Source of the DNA: Deltaproteobacteria bacterium
GTDB lineage: Bacteria > Myxococcota_A > UBA9160 > UBA6930
Direction: 5' to 3'
DNA length: 64,000 nt
NCBI GenBank assembly: GCA_031401135.1
Contig: JANNRF010000294.1
Coordinates: 3,393 to 67,392 of the forward strand
Below the pieces are notes generated by a model, which ran no database searches, was not told the DNA's origin, and was given only the letters and a program-made list of their open reading frames with translations. The position numbers were made by a program, and so were the translations under genes. This document shows positions 19,680 to 28,790 of this stretch, in pieces. The stretch's first letter is position 1. Every line of letters begins with the position of its first letter.

Positions 19680-20090
19680 CTAACGCGGCCGCTCGCGGCG
19701 ATCTGCGAAGAGAAACAGCGCGCCGAGTGCGGAGAAGCCCACCGCTTGCAGGAGCCCCATCGGCCAGCCGCGACCATTCGGGCTTGCCTCGCTCCAGATC
19801 AAGTGAGAGAGGGCGACGTAGAAGAGGTAGTACGCGGTCGCGAGCGAGATCCAGCGCTGCCTCGTCAAGTACGCCCAGGCGCCCAGCGCCAGAATCGCCC
19901 AGTGAAGCGGCGCGCTGAGGAGTGCGGCGCGACCGCGCAGCTCGAAGCCAAGCCAGACTTCTACGTCGCGCACTTCGGGAACCATTAGGTCGCGGTAAAC
20001 GAGGAAGACGCACGAGATGGCGCAGAACGCGGCCATCCCGCGCATCCACTCGCGACTCACGAGCCTCGACAGATCCGGCGATTCGCTCAT
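19680..20090 (-). CDS. Small integral membrane protein (hypothetical)
   Basis: ORF 19680..20246 trimmed to ATG 20090 (ATGA overlap with the DUF1272 stop). About four predicted hydrophobic helices. Confidence 0.6.
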   Translation of the reverse strand: MSESPDLSRLVSREWMRGMAAFCAISCVFLVYRDLMVPEVRDVEVWLGFELRGRAALLSAPLHWAILALGAWAYLTRQRWISLATAYYLFYVALSHLIWSEASPNGRGWPMGLLQAVGFSALGALFLFADRRERPR

Positions 20091-20329
20091 CGCGCCACGC
20101 GCGGCGGCTTGAACGAGCGCTTCGTACTTGCGGGGCTCGTCGCGAGCTTCGCCGCGGGCCGCACCGGGCGGCGCAGCAGCTCGCCACCGCAATTCGGGCA
20201 GCGGCCTGACAAGTGCGTCTCCGCGCACTCGCGACAAAACGTGCACTCGAACGAGCAGATGCGCGCCTCCAGCGAAGCGGGCGGGAGATCGCGGTCGCAG
20301 CGCTCGCAGCCTGGCCGAAGTTCGAGCAT
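20087..20329 (-). CDS. DUF1272 zinc-ribbon protein
   Basis: 80-aa ORF. MLELRPGCERCDRDLPPASLEARICSFECTFCRECAETHLSGRCPNCGGELLRRP matches the DUF1272 pattern as I remember it. Confidence 0.8.
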   Translation of the reverse strand: MLELRPGCERCDRDLPPASLEARICSFECTFCRECAETHLSGRCPNCGGELLRRPVRPAAKLATSPASTKRSFKPPRVAR

Positions 20330-20347
20330 TACGCGCCCTCCTCTTCC

Positions 20348-20926
20348 CTAAGCGCTCGCGCGCATGCGCGACGCCAGCTGCGCGACACGCGCACCCAACA
20401 TTTCTCCGGTGCGAAGATCTGGCGCCTGCACGCCGGGCGGCGTCGTCGTGGGATCGGCCTGGCCCGCCGCGCCCAGATAGACGCCCAGGCGATTCAGCTG
20501 CTCCGGGTTCAGCGGCATTTGGTCAACGCCCACCCAGATCATGCCGTGCTGCATCGCGGTCACCGCGAGCGCGGTGAGGGTCTGCAGCTTGTCGCCACTC
20601 GGCGTGCTCGAGACCGTAAAGCCCGCGGCGAGCTTGTTCGCCCACGCGCGCGAGTACCAACGCGAGACCGTCGCGTCGAGGAAAGCCTTCATCTGGGCTG
20701 ATGGCCCGCCCATGAAGGTCGGGCAGCCGAACACGATCGCATCCGCGACATCGAGCGAAGCGAGCAGCGCGTCGTTCTTCCAGCGGCCCGCCACGATCTC
20801 CGCGCTCTCGATCGCGAGCAGCACGGCCCGCATTCCTTGCACTCCCGCGGCTCCAGCGTGCACAGCCTCTGCCATGCGTTTCGTTGTGCCTGTCGCGGAG
20901 TGGTAGACGACCACGACTTCGCTCAT
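20348..20926 (-). CDS. Flavodoxin-fold NAD(P)H:quinone oxidoreductase (WrbA-like)
   Basis: ORF 20348..20959 trimmed to ATG 20926. Sequence: VVVVYHSATGTTKRMAEAV...DAIVFGCPTFMGGPSAQMKAFLD. Confidence 0.85.
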   Translation of the reverse strand: MSEVVVVYHSATGTTKRMAEAVHAGAAGVQGMRAVLLAIESAEIVAGRWKNDALLASLDVADAIVFGCPTFMGGPSAQMKAFLDATVSRWYSRAWANKLAAGFTVSSTPSGDKLQTLTALAVTAMQHGMIWVGVDQMPLNPEQLNRLGVYLGAAGQADPTTTPPGVQAPDLRTGEMLGARVAQLASRMRASA

Positions 20927-20955
20927 TCGCGCAGCCCCCGCCCTCGCGCGCCGGC

Positions 20956-22506
20956 TCACCGCTGCGCCGCCACGGGCGCGCTCTCCGCGTTCGCCTTCGC
21001 GAACACCTTCATCAGCGCGCGATGCACGATGCGCGCGGTGTCGGGCCCCGCGGAAACCACCTCGCCATAACTAGGCTCGCTGTTGCCGTAGATCCACGGC
21101 TCGTCCTCGTCCCACTCGCTGCGCGGAATGATGTAGCCGAGCGAATCGTTCGCGAGGTTGACCATCATGTTCACGCGCCCGCGCATCGCGCTGCGCAGCG
21201 GCGGCGTCTCGACTGGCGCGATCTTGTAATCAGCGCCCGGCGGGTTCTCGATGCCGCCCACCGCGATCTCGGGGTAGAGCTCGCCGGGCACGCACGCGAG
21301 CCACAACTCGCCGATGCGCACGAGCGCCACCTCGCTGTCGGTGTCGTAGCCCCAGCGAAGATCGAGATCGCGATCGAGTACGCCGAGCGTGCTCGCGAGC
21401 ACGAGCGGCCAGTTCGAAATCGGCACCTGGATCTCGCGGCTCACGACGGACACGCGCGGCGCCGCCACGCGCTCGAACGAACCCGAGGCGCGCGCTTCGA
21501 GCACCGCCTCCGCGACCTGATAACCCTGCGCGCGCGCCTTCTGCTGCGAGGGCTTCGCGATCAGCAGCCCGCTCTGCGGATCCATTACGGAGATCTCGGG
21601 CAAGGTCGTGATCAGGCCGCCGATGTTGCCGGTGAGCCAGAGCGTGGTGCCGCCGAGCCCGGGCTTGTAGAGCGCGCCGTCGTAGTCGAGGCCGCGGTCG
21701 AGCCCGCGCCGCGCCCAGCCCGCAACGTCGGCAGTGAGCTGGAAGTTGCGGTCCCAGAGCAGCTCGACGTGGTTGCCGAAGTTGAGAAGCGTGCCCAGCA
21801 CGTCGCCGCCGCCGGCGCGCGTCACGATCGCGACGCGCAGGCCGTCGTCGATGACTTCGGGCTTGCGCGTATCCACCGTCGCGATCTCGCGATCTCGCCC
21901 GCGAATCTCGGCGATCTCGATCTCGGCGGGCTCGAGCCGCCGCACGGCCTGCGCGAGCGCGGTACCCATCTGTTTGCGCAGGAACTTCAGGTAGCCGTCG
22001 GCGACGCCGCTGCGCAGGCGCGAGCGCCCCCAGATGCCCTGCGTGTCGGGCCCCTGGTGATTATGGGTGGCGTGCACGAGCAAGTAGTCGAGCTCGAGTT
22101 CGCGCGCGTAGACCTCGCGCACCTTTTGCACGAACGAGTGCGAGAGACCGACCACGTCAGCGGTGACGATGCCGACGCGCGTCGTGCCGTCGTCGAACAC
22201 CACCGCGACGGCCTCGAGCTCGTCGTGCACACCGGCCGCGGGGCGCGGGCTCTGGAAGCCGGCCATGTAGATGGCGTCGAAGCGCTCGTTGCCGTTCTTG
22301 TCTTCGTAGCGGTCGATGTCTTCGTCGTACTTGCCGTCGCCGTCGACGTCGGTCCACGAATCCGCGACCTCGGGCGTGATCGGCACGCGGCCGAAGCCGG
22401 CGCGCAGCGCGGGCTCGGCGGCGAACGCGGCACTCGCCGTAACAACCCCTGCCGCGAGCGCTGCGGCGGCGAACAGCCCTCGCCGCGCGCGAAGTGCGAG
22501 CCTCAG
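20956..22506 (-). CDS. Neutral/alkaline ceramidase-like secreted hydrolase; start codon uncertain
   Basis: ORF 20956..22386 shows RVPITPE...AGVHDELEAVAVVFDDG...VHATHNHQGPD. The in-frame upstream sequence encodes a clear signal peptide (LRLALRARRGLFAAAALAAGVVTASAAFAAEP) with no ATG/GTG/TTG. I extend to the CTG at 22504-22506. The minimal annotation is 20956..22386. Confidence 0.75.
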   Translation of the reverse strand: MRLALRARRGLFAAAALAAGVVTASAAFAAEPALRAGFGRVPITPEVADSWTDVDGDGKYDEDIDRYEDKNGNERFDAIYMAGFQSPRPAAGVHDELEAVAVVFDDGTTRVGIVTADVVGLSHSFVQKVREVYARELELDYLLVHATHNHQGPDTQGIWGRSRLRSGVADGYLKFLRKQMGTALAQAVRRLEPAEIEIAEIRGRDREIATVDTRKPEVIDDGLRVAIVTRAGGGDVLGTLLNFGNHVELLWDRNFQLTADVAGWARRGLDRGLDYDGALYKPGLGGTTLWLTGNIGGLITTLPEISVMDPQSGLLIAKPSQQKARAQGYQVAEAVLEARASGSFERVAAPRVSVVSREIQVPISNWPLVLASTLGVLDRDLDLRWGYDTDSEVALVRIGELWLACVPGELYPEIAVGGIENPPGADYKIAPVETPPLRSAMRGRVNMMVNLANDSLGYIIPRSEWDEDEPWIYGNSEPSYGEVVSAGPDTARIVHRALMKVFAKANAESAPVAAQR

Positions 22507-22804
22507 ATCGCCACCAGCGCGCGGCGCGAGTTCACGGCCAACGACGCGATCTGTTCGAGCCGTTGGGAAGCCGTTCCGCCGCGATGGGAAAAGCCACGAG
22601 AGATCGTGTGCGTCTCGAGCGACATGCAGGCTCCTTGCTTGCGTTCCGGCGTCACAGATTCGAGCGCGCTCAGTCTAGGCGGGTGCGCAGAGCCTCGGCG
22701 AGCCATTCGAGAACTCGCAGCCTGCTCGTGACGAGTCCCGCGAGAGGCTGGCGGGATTCGGCGCACTGAGGCACCCATCGCGCCGGGAACGCCAAGGAGA
22801 ATTG

Positions 22805-24058
22805 ATGACTAGCGCGGCTGTCCAGATCGACTTCCTCGACCCAGACGTTTCCGGAAAGCCGTACGAGGCGTACGCCGTGCTGCGCCGCGAGGCGCCCGTT
22901 TACCGCGACCCGCGTACGGGGTTCGTGCTGCTCACGCGCTACGACGACATTCGCCGCGTACTGCTCGATCCAGAGACTTTCAGTAATCAGCGCTGGCAGG
23001 CAGACGCGAAGAAGCAGGTGTTCCCCGCGCGCCAGGAGCGCATGCGGAAACTCTATGAGGAGAAGGGCTGGCTGCCCGCGCCGTCGCTCGCGGGCTACGA
23101 CGATCCGCGCCACCGCGAGATCCGCGAGGTGTTCACCAAGGCCTTCCGCGCGGGGCGCATCAAGCTGCTCGATCCGTTCGTCGCGAAGACGGCGCAGGAG
23201 CTCGTCGAGGCCTTCGCGCCAGCGGGCGCGTGCGAACTCGTACGGGCTCTCTCGGTGCCACTGCCGTTGATCGTGATCGGCCAACAAATGGGCGCGCCGA
23301 AGGAGGACATCTGGCGCATCAAGGCGTGGACCGATGCCTGGGTGCAGCGCCTCGGCATGATGCTCACGGAGGAGCAGGAAGCCTCTAGCGTCGGGATGGA
23401 GATCGAGGCGCAACACTATTTCCAGCGCATCTACGAGCGGCTGCGCGCTCAACCCGATGACACCGTGCTCTCGGACCTAATCAACACGCCGATTGGCGAC
23501 CGGCCGCTGAACGACAACGAGCTTCACGCGCACATGATGGCCGACACCTTCGTCGGCGGCAGCGAGACCACCACGAACGCGCTCTCCTCCGGCGTGTGGC
23601 TGCTGTGCCAGTTCCCCGAGCAGTACGCGAAGCTGAACGCCGAGCCCGAGCGCTACCTGCGCAACTTCATCGAGGAAGTGTTACGGCTCGAGTCGCCCGT
23701 GCAGGGGCTCTTCCGCGTCGCGTCGAAGGACGTCGAGCTGCACGGCGTGACGATTCCGAAGGGCACGACGCTCGGCATTCGCTACGCCGCGGCGAATCGC
23801 GACCCCGCGCAGTTCGAGAACCCCGACGCGCTCGATCTCGAGCGCAAGAACTCCGCCACCCACCTCGCGTTCGGCACCGGCGCGCATCACTGCCTGGGTG
23901 CGCCGCTCGCGCGAAGAGAACTCTATTGGGGCTTCAAGTCGCTGCTCGAGCGCGTCGACAGCATTCGGCTCGCGCCCGGGAAGAACGATTTCGCGATCGC
24001 GCCGAACTACTGCCTGCGCGCGCTGAAGGAACTGCACATCGAGTTCACGCCGCGCTAA
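22805..24058 (+). CDS. Cytochrome P450
   Basis: ORF 22802..24058 trimmed to ATG 22805 (AAGGAGA upstream). I-helix: ADTFVGGSETT. EXXR: EEVLRLESP. Heme loop: FGTGAHHCLGAPLARRE. Confidence 0.93.
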   Translation: MTSAAVQIDFLDPDVSGKPYEAYAVLRREAPVYRDPRTGFVLLTRYDDIRRVLLDPETFSNQRWQADAKKQVFPARQERMRKLYEEKGWLPAPSLAGYDDPRHREIREVFTKAFRAGRIKLLDPFVAKTAQELVEAFAPAGACELVRALSVPLPLIVIGQQMGAPKEDIWRIKAWTDAWVQRLGMMLTEEQEASSVGMEIEAQHYFQRIYERLRAQPDDTVLSDLINTPIGDRPLNDNELHAHMMADTFVGGSETTTNALSSGVWLLCQFPEQYAKLNAEPERYLRNFIEEVLRLESPVQGLFRVASKDVELHGVTIPKGTTLGIRYAAANRDPAQFENPDALDLERKNSATHLAFGTGAHHCLGAPLARRELYWGFKSLLERVDSIRLAPGKNDFAIAPNYCLRALKELHIEFTPR

Positions 24059-26256
24059 GTCCCCGGCGCATCCGCGAGCGGCTCGAAAGGCAGGGCGGGC
24101 GCCGCCTCCGCTGGCGGACCCGAACCGACCTGCGGAAGCAACACGTCGAATATCTCCGCCGCCGGTGACTCGGGATTTTCCGCAGACGCGCCGCTGGCGC
24201 TCGCGTCGGCTTCCGGCGTGGCTGCGATTGCAGTCGGATCGGGCTCCGTCCTTCGATACGGCGACGGCACAAACTTCGCGCGGCGCATTTCGCGGTCGCC
24301 GGCCACTGGCACCCAGCCTGGATATCGGACCGCACTGACCACGCGGGCGCCCGTCTCGGGATCCGTCCCTGCCCAGCGAATGCCCTCGGGCAGCTTGAAC
24401 TCGCCGGCTGGCTCCTCGCGGAGCGCGCGCGCCATGAACGCCGTCCAGATCGGCAGCGCCGCACCGGCGCCGGTCTGGTCGCGCGCCATCGGTGTGCGGT
24501 CGTCGTTGCCCACCCATACGCCAGTAACAACCTCCGGCGAGTAGCCAATGAACCACGCGTCGCGGTTGTCGTTCGTCGAGCCGGTCTTCCCGACGATCGA
24601 CTCGCCGAGATCCGACGCGCGGTGCGCCGTCCCGTACCAGGCGCGAACCGTCTCGCGCATCAGGTACGTCATCAGGTAGGCGTCGACCTTACTGATGCGA
24701 CCCGCGGTTCGACTCTCGGGCAACTCCGCGCTGCGCAGCGATTCGCGCAGCACGTTGCCCTCGGCGTCGAGCACGCGCAGGATCAGGCGCGGATCGCGTT
24801 GCTTGCCGCCGCGCGCGAAGGTTCCGTACGCGGAGGTGATCTCGAGCAGCGTCACCTCGTTCGTGCCGAGCGCGATGCCGAGGTCGCGCCCGAGCGGTGA
24901 GCGGATGCCGGCGCGGCGAGCGAAGTCGATCACGGGATCGATGCCGACTTCGTCGACGATCCGAATCGTCGCGTTGTTGAGTGAACGCGCGAACGCTTCC
25001 GAGAGGATCACCGGGCCCTTGAAACGGTTCGTGTAGTTCTTGGGCCGCCAGAGCTTGCCGGTCACCTTATCCCGGTGTTCGTACTGGTAGTCGTAGAGCG
25101 TGACGTTCGGCGGGTAGCCGGCCTCGAGCGCCGCGCCGTAACAAAACGGCTTGAACGCAGAGCCGGGTTGGCGGTGCGCCTGCACCGCGCGGTTGAAGCG
25201 GCTGGTGGCGAAATCGCGACCGCCGACCATCGCGAGCACGTCGCCCGTGGCGACGTCGAGCGCGAGCAGCGCGCCCTCGGGTGCGGTTCCCTTCTCCGCG
25301 CGTTTCGCGCGCGCCCCAGCCGCCGCGAGTCCGCTCTCGATGGCCGCTAGCGCCGCGCGCTGCAAACGCAGGTTCAGCGTCGTCTCGATGCGCAGCCCGC
25401 CGCGGAGCACCGTCTCCGCGCCGAGTTCGTCGAACAATTGCTGGCGCACCTCCTCGACGAAATACGCGGCCTCCGCGTACGCCTTGGGCGGCGGCGGCGG
25501 CGGCAACACTCTCGGACGGTTCGCGAGCGCTACCTCGCTAGCCGCAGCGTCGATGCGACCGGTCTCCAGCATGCGCGCGATCACCTGGCGGCGCCCGGCT
25601 TCCGCCGCTTCCGCGTTCCCGTGCGGCGAGAGCCGCGACGGCGCTCTCGGCAGCGCGGCCAGCTGCGCCGCCTCGGCAATCGAGAGGGTTGTTATGGACT
25701 TCCCGAAGTACGTCTGCGCCGCCTCGGCCACGCCGTAGGCGCCGCTGCCGAGATAGATCTGGTTCAGATACAGCTCGAGGATCTCGTCCTTGTCGAGCGC
25801 GACCTCGATGCGCACTGCAAGCGCGACATCGCGCAGCTTGCGGATGAAGCTGCGATCCGAGCTGAGGAACAGATTCTTTGCGAGCTGCTGCGTGATCGTG
25901 CTGCCGCCTTGCACAACGCGGCCTTCGCGCGCGTTGGCGAGCGCGGCGCGCACGATCGCAAGCGGGTCGAAGCCAAAGTGCGCGTAAAAGGCGTCGTCCT
26001 CGGCGGCGAGGAACGCGTCGCGCACGTGCGGCGGCACATCCTTCAGCGCGACGAGCTGGCGGCGCTGCTCGACGAACGTGCCGATGGGCTTTCCGTGGCG
26101 ATCCACCACGACGCTCGGCAGCGGCGGGCGATACCGCGCGAGCCCGTCGATCGAGGGCAGGGACGCCCAGAAGACGGCGAACGCCGCGCAGAAAAAGACG
26201 AACGCCGCGGAAGCGAACGGGTGACGGCGAAGGAATGAGGGGAGTTGAGGGGGCAT
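24055..26256 (-). CDS. Penicillin-binding protein 1A family (bifunctional glycosyltransferase/transpeptidase)
   Basis: 733 aa. GT51 motifs: EDDAFYAHFGFD, GGSTITQQLAKN, RKLRDV. Transpeptidase motifs: SAFKPF, SLNN, KTGST. Low-complexity C-terminal tail. 4-bp convergent overlap with the P450 stop. Confidence 0.92.
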   Translation of the reverse strand: MPPQLPSFLRRHPFASAAFVFFCAAFAVFWASLPSIDGLARYRPPLPSVVVDRHGKPIGTFVEQRRQLVALKDVPPHVRDAFLAAEDDAFYAHFGFDPLAIVRAALANAREGRVVQGGSTITQQLAKNLFLSSDRSFIRKLRDVALAVRIEVALDKDEILELYLNQIYLGSGAYGVAEAAQTYFGKSITTLSIAEAAQLAALPRAPSRLSPHGNAEAAEAGRRQVIARMLETGRIDAAASEVALANRPRVLPPPPPPKAYAEAAYFVEEVRQQLFDELGAETVLRGGLRIETTLNLRLQRAALAAIESGLAAAGARAKRAEKGTAPEGALLALDVATGDVLAMVGGRDFATSRFNRAVQAHRQPGSAFKPFCYGAALEAGYPPNVTLYDYQYEHRDKVTGKLWRPKNYTNRFKGPVILSEAFARSLNNATIRIVDEVGIDPVIDFARRAGIRSPLGRDLGIALGTNEVTLLEITSAYGTFARGGKQRDPRLILRVLDAEGNVLRESLRSAELPESRTAGRISKVDAYLMTYLMRETVRAWYGTAHRASDLGESIVGKTGSTNDNRDAWFIGYSPEVVTGVWVGNDDRTPMARDQTGAGAALPIWTAFMARALREEPAGEFKLPEGIRWAGTDPETGARVVSAVRYPGWVPVAGDREMRRAKFVPSPYRRTEPDPTAIAATPEADASASGASAENPESPAAEIFDVLLPQVGSGPPAEAAPALPFEPLADAPGT

Positions 26257-26343
26257 CGCGGAGGGAAGTAATGAGTGCGCGAGCCTATATCAGGGGAGGA
26301 GCTCCGGGTCAGCTACGGGACGAATGCGAGCACCCGCCCGCGG

Positions 26344-26727
26344 CTACTTCCCCGCGCTCTCCTTGGTGACCTGCGCCAGCGTCTGCTCCGTCGGCCCGAT
26401 CAGCCCCGCCGCGCGCGGGTAGCCGGCGTAGTTGGCGACCGTAATCAGCACCTCGCGCACCTGCGTGGGCGTGAGTTCGCCGTTCTTCACAGCAGCGCGC
26501 ACCTGAATCTGGAAGGTGTCCTTCTCGCCGAGCGCCGCGATGATGCCGAGGATGATCAAGCGCCGATCGCGCACCGAGAGTTCCTCGCGCGTCCACACCT
26601 CGGCGAAGAGTTGCTCGAGCATTAGGTCGCTGAACGGCATCACGCCTGGCGGTGGCGTCACCACGTCGCCAGCGTAGACCTTCTTCATCATTTCGACGCC
26701 GCGTTCGCGGCGCTTCGGATCGGACAT
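26344..26727 (-). CDS. Carboxymuconolactone decarboxylase (CMD/AhpD-like) family protein
   Basis: 127 aa. Sequence: FAEVWTREELSVRDRRLIILGIIAALG...ELTPTQVREVLITVANYAGYPRA. Confidence 0.85.
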   Translation of the reverse strand: MSDPKRRERGVEMMKKVYAGDVVTPPPGVMPFSDLMLEQLFAEVWTREELSVRDRRLIILGIIAALGEKDTFQIQVRAAVKNGELTPTQVREVLITVANYAGYPRAAGLIGPTEQTLAQVTKESAGK

Positions 26728-26770
26728 CGGGGCCTCCTCGCGAAACGCGCAGCCTACATCGCCTCACGCC

Positions 26771-28744
26771 GTGGGTATCGTGCGCGTGCTCGGGAGGAAC
26801 CGCTTGGGACGCGCGTTGGCGATCGTTCTCGCGGGTTTTCTTTTGCGCGCTGCGCCCGCGCTCGCGCAGGAGCGTCCCTACGCGCAGACCGAGCAGCGCG
26901 CGGCGTGCGCCGCCTTCGAGCCGCTGCGCCGCCCGCACTTCGGCGACCTGCACGTGCACACCGCGTACTCCTTCGACGCGAACGCCGACGGCGCGCGCAG
27001 CACTCCGCAGGGCGCCTATCGCTTTGCAAGAGGCGCGCGCGTCGGGATCCCGCCTTATGACGCGGCGGGCAAGCCGCGGCGCACCGCACAACTCGAGCGC
27101 CCGATCGACTTCGCGGCGGTCACGGACCACGCCGAGATGCTCGGCGAGATCCGCGTCTGCCGAGACCCCGAAGCGGATGGCTACGGGAGCCTGCCGTGTT
27201 TGTTATTGCGCAACGCGCCAGGCATCGGCTTCCGGCTGTTCGGCTGGAAAACGCTGTATGCGAAGGAGCGCTTCGACTTGTGCGGAGAGAACGGCGCGGG
27301 ATGTCGAGCAGCTGCCGGCACCGTGTGGGGCGAGATCGCGGCCGCCGCCGAGGAGGCCTACGACCGCTCGCCCGCTTGCCGCTTCACGAGCTTCGTCGGC
27401 TACGAGTGGACCGGCAGCGTGGGCATGGGCCAGAACCTGCATCGCAACGTGATCTTCCGGAATGCGCGCGTTCCCGAGCAGCCGATCTCGTGGACAGATT
27501 CCGCCTCCGCGCTGGATCTCTGGCGCCAGCTCGAAGCGGGCTGCGTGAAGGGGATCCCGAGCTGCGACGTACTCACGATCCCACACAACTCGAACTTATC
27601 AGGCGGCTTGATGTTCGAGTCTGCCGCCATCGAGCGTGTCGAAGACGCGGGGCGCGAGATCGGCGCCGCGGAGGCGAAGCAGCGCGCGCGCTGGGAGCCG
27701 CTGGTGGAGATCTTCCAGCACAAAGGCGACAGCGAGTGCGGCGCGGGCGCGGGCTGGAGCGATGAGGACTGCGGCTGGGAGAAACTGCCCTACGACAATT
27801 TCGGCGCTCAGACGAACCCGCTGGCCGAGCGTCGCGACGCGCCGCGCGCTTCGTTCGTGCGCGCTGCGCTCGCGCAGGGATTGCGGGTCGAGCGCGATCA
27901 CGGCGCGAACCCGTTTCGCTTCGGCGTGATCGGCAGCACCGACACCCACATCGCGACGCCGGGATCGACGGAGGAACGTGCGTATCCCGGCCACAGTTCG
28001 GGCGAACGCGCAGCCAGCGGCTTCAACGACGATTTCGAGTTCAACCCCGGCGGGCTCGCAGTGTTATGGGCGGAGGAGAACACGCGCGATGCGCTCTTCA
28101 CTGCGATGCAGCGGCGCGAGGCGTACGCGACGAGTGGCACGCGGCCGCTCGTGCGCTTCTTCGGCGGCTGGGGTTACGACGTAGCGCTGTGCAGCGATCC
28201 GCGACTGGTCGCGAAGAGTTATGCCGGCGGCGTGCCGATGGGCGGCGTGCTCCCGCCGCGACCCGCGAGCGCGGGCGCGCCGACCTTCGTCGCGTCTGCA
28301 CTGCGAGATGCCGGGACCGCGAGCCGAAGCGGAACGCCGCTTCAGCGCATCCAGATCGTGAAGGGCTGGCTCGACGCAAAGGGCGAGACGCACGAGCGGG
28401 TGCTCGACGTCGCGGGCGGCCCGAACGGCGCGAGCGTCGATCTCGCGAGCTGCGCGCCCCGCGGCACCGGTGCGGCGGCGCTCTGCAGCGTGTGGAGCGA
28501 TCCCGCGTTCGATCCCGCGGCGCCGGCGTTCTATTACGCCCGTGTGCTCGAGAATCCGACGTGCCGCTGGACCCAACAAGTGTGCTCTGCGGCGCGCGTG
28601 GACTGCCGAAAGCCGGACTCGGTTCCCGAAGAACTCGCGCAGTGCTGCGCCCCCGAGCACCGGCCGGTGCAACAAGAGCGCGCCTGGACGAGCGCGATCT
28701 GGTACTCGCCGACGGACGCTTCGCGTCCGCGGCTATCGCGTTGA
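26771..28744 (+). CDS. DUF3604 domain-containing secreted protein
   Basis: 657 aa, GTG start, signal peptide ALAIVLAGFLLRAAPALAQE. Motif HFGDLHVHTAYSFDA is typical of DUF3604. Confidence 0.8.
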   Translation: MGIVRVLGRNRLGRALAIVLAGFLLRAAPALAQERPYAQTEQRAACAAFEPLRRPHFGDLHVHTAYSFDANADGARSTPQGAYRFARGARVGIPPYDAAGKPRRTAQLERPIDFAAVTDHAEMLGEIRVCRDPEADGYGSLPCLLLRNAPGIGFRLFGWKTLYAKERFDLCGENGAGCRAAAGTVWGEIAAAAEEAYDRSPACRFTSFVGYEWTGSVGMGQNLHRNVIFRNARVPEQPISWTDSASALDLWRQLEAGCVKGIPSCDVLTIPHNSNLSGGLMFESAAIERVEDAGREIGAAEAKQRARWEPLVEIFQHKGDSECGAGAGWSDEDCGWEKLPYDNFGAQTNPLAERRDAPRASFVRAALAQGLRVERDHGANPFRFGVIGSTDTHIATPGSTEERAYPGHSSGERAASGFNDDFEFNPGGLAVLWAEENTRDALFTAMQRREAYATSGTRPLVRFFGGWGYDVALCSDPRLVAKSYAGGVPMGGVLPPRPASAGAPTFVASALRDAGTASRSGTPLQRIQIVKGWLDAKGETHERVLDVAGGPNGASVDLASCAPRGTGAAALCSVWSDPAFDPAAPAFYYARVLENPTCRWTQQVCSAARVDCRKPDSVPEELAQCCAPEHRPVQQERAWTSAIWYSPTDASRPRLSR

Positions 28745-28790
28745 CTTCGCTCGCCTGCGGCTCGTTGCGCGCGGCGAGGCGCCGCTTGCC
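28745..28790 (+). repeat. 46-bp GC-rich repeat, copy R2 (fills the gap between two convergent stop codons)
   Basis: CTTCGCTCGCCTGCGGCTCGTTGCGCGCGGCGAGGCGCCGCTTGCC. Lies between the DUF3604 stop (28744) and the LLM stop (28791). Confidence 0.85.

Noticed and set aside
20884-22731. 615-aa plus-strand ORF. The same applies to the 674-aa ORF 52175..54199, the 618-aa ORF 55535..57391 and the 619-aa ORF 58959..60818.
   Set aside because: All are antisense or off-frame to genes with clear family signatures (ceramidase-like, HerA-like ATPase, HelD, rhomboid). They read as Arg/Ala/Gly-rich nonsense, typical of stop-codon-poor GC-rich DNA.
22503-22778. 91-aa ORF upstream of the ceramidase-like gene, considered as an independent small gene.
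   Set aside because: No recognisable family and weak coding character. It is more useful as an alternative frameshift explanation for the missing start codon of the ceramidase-like gene.
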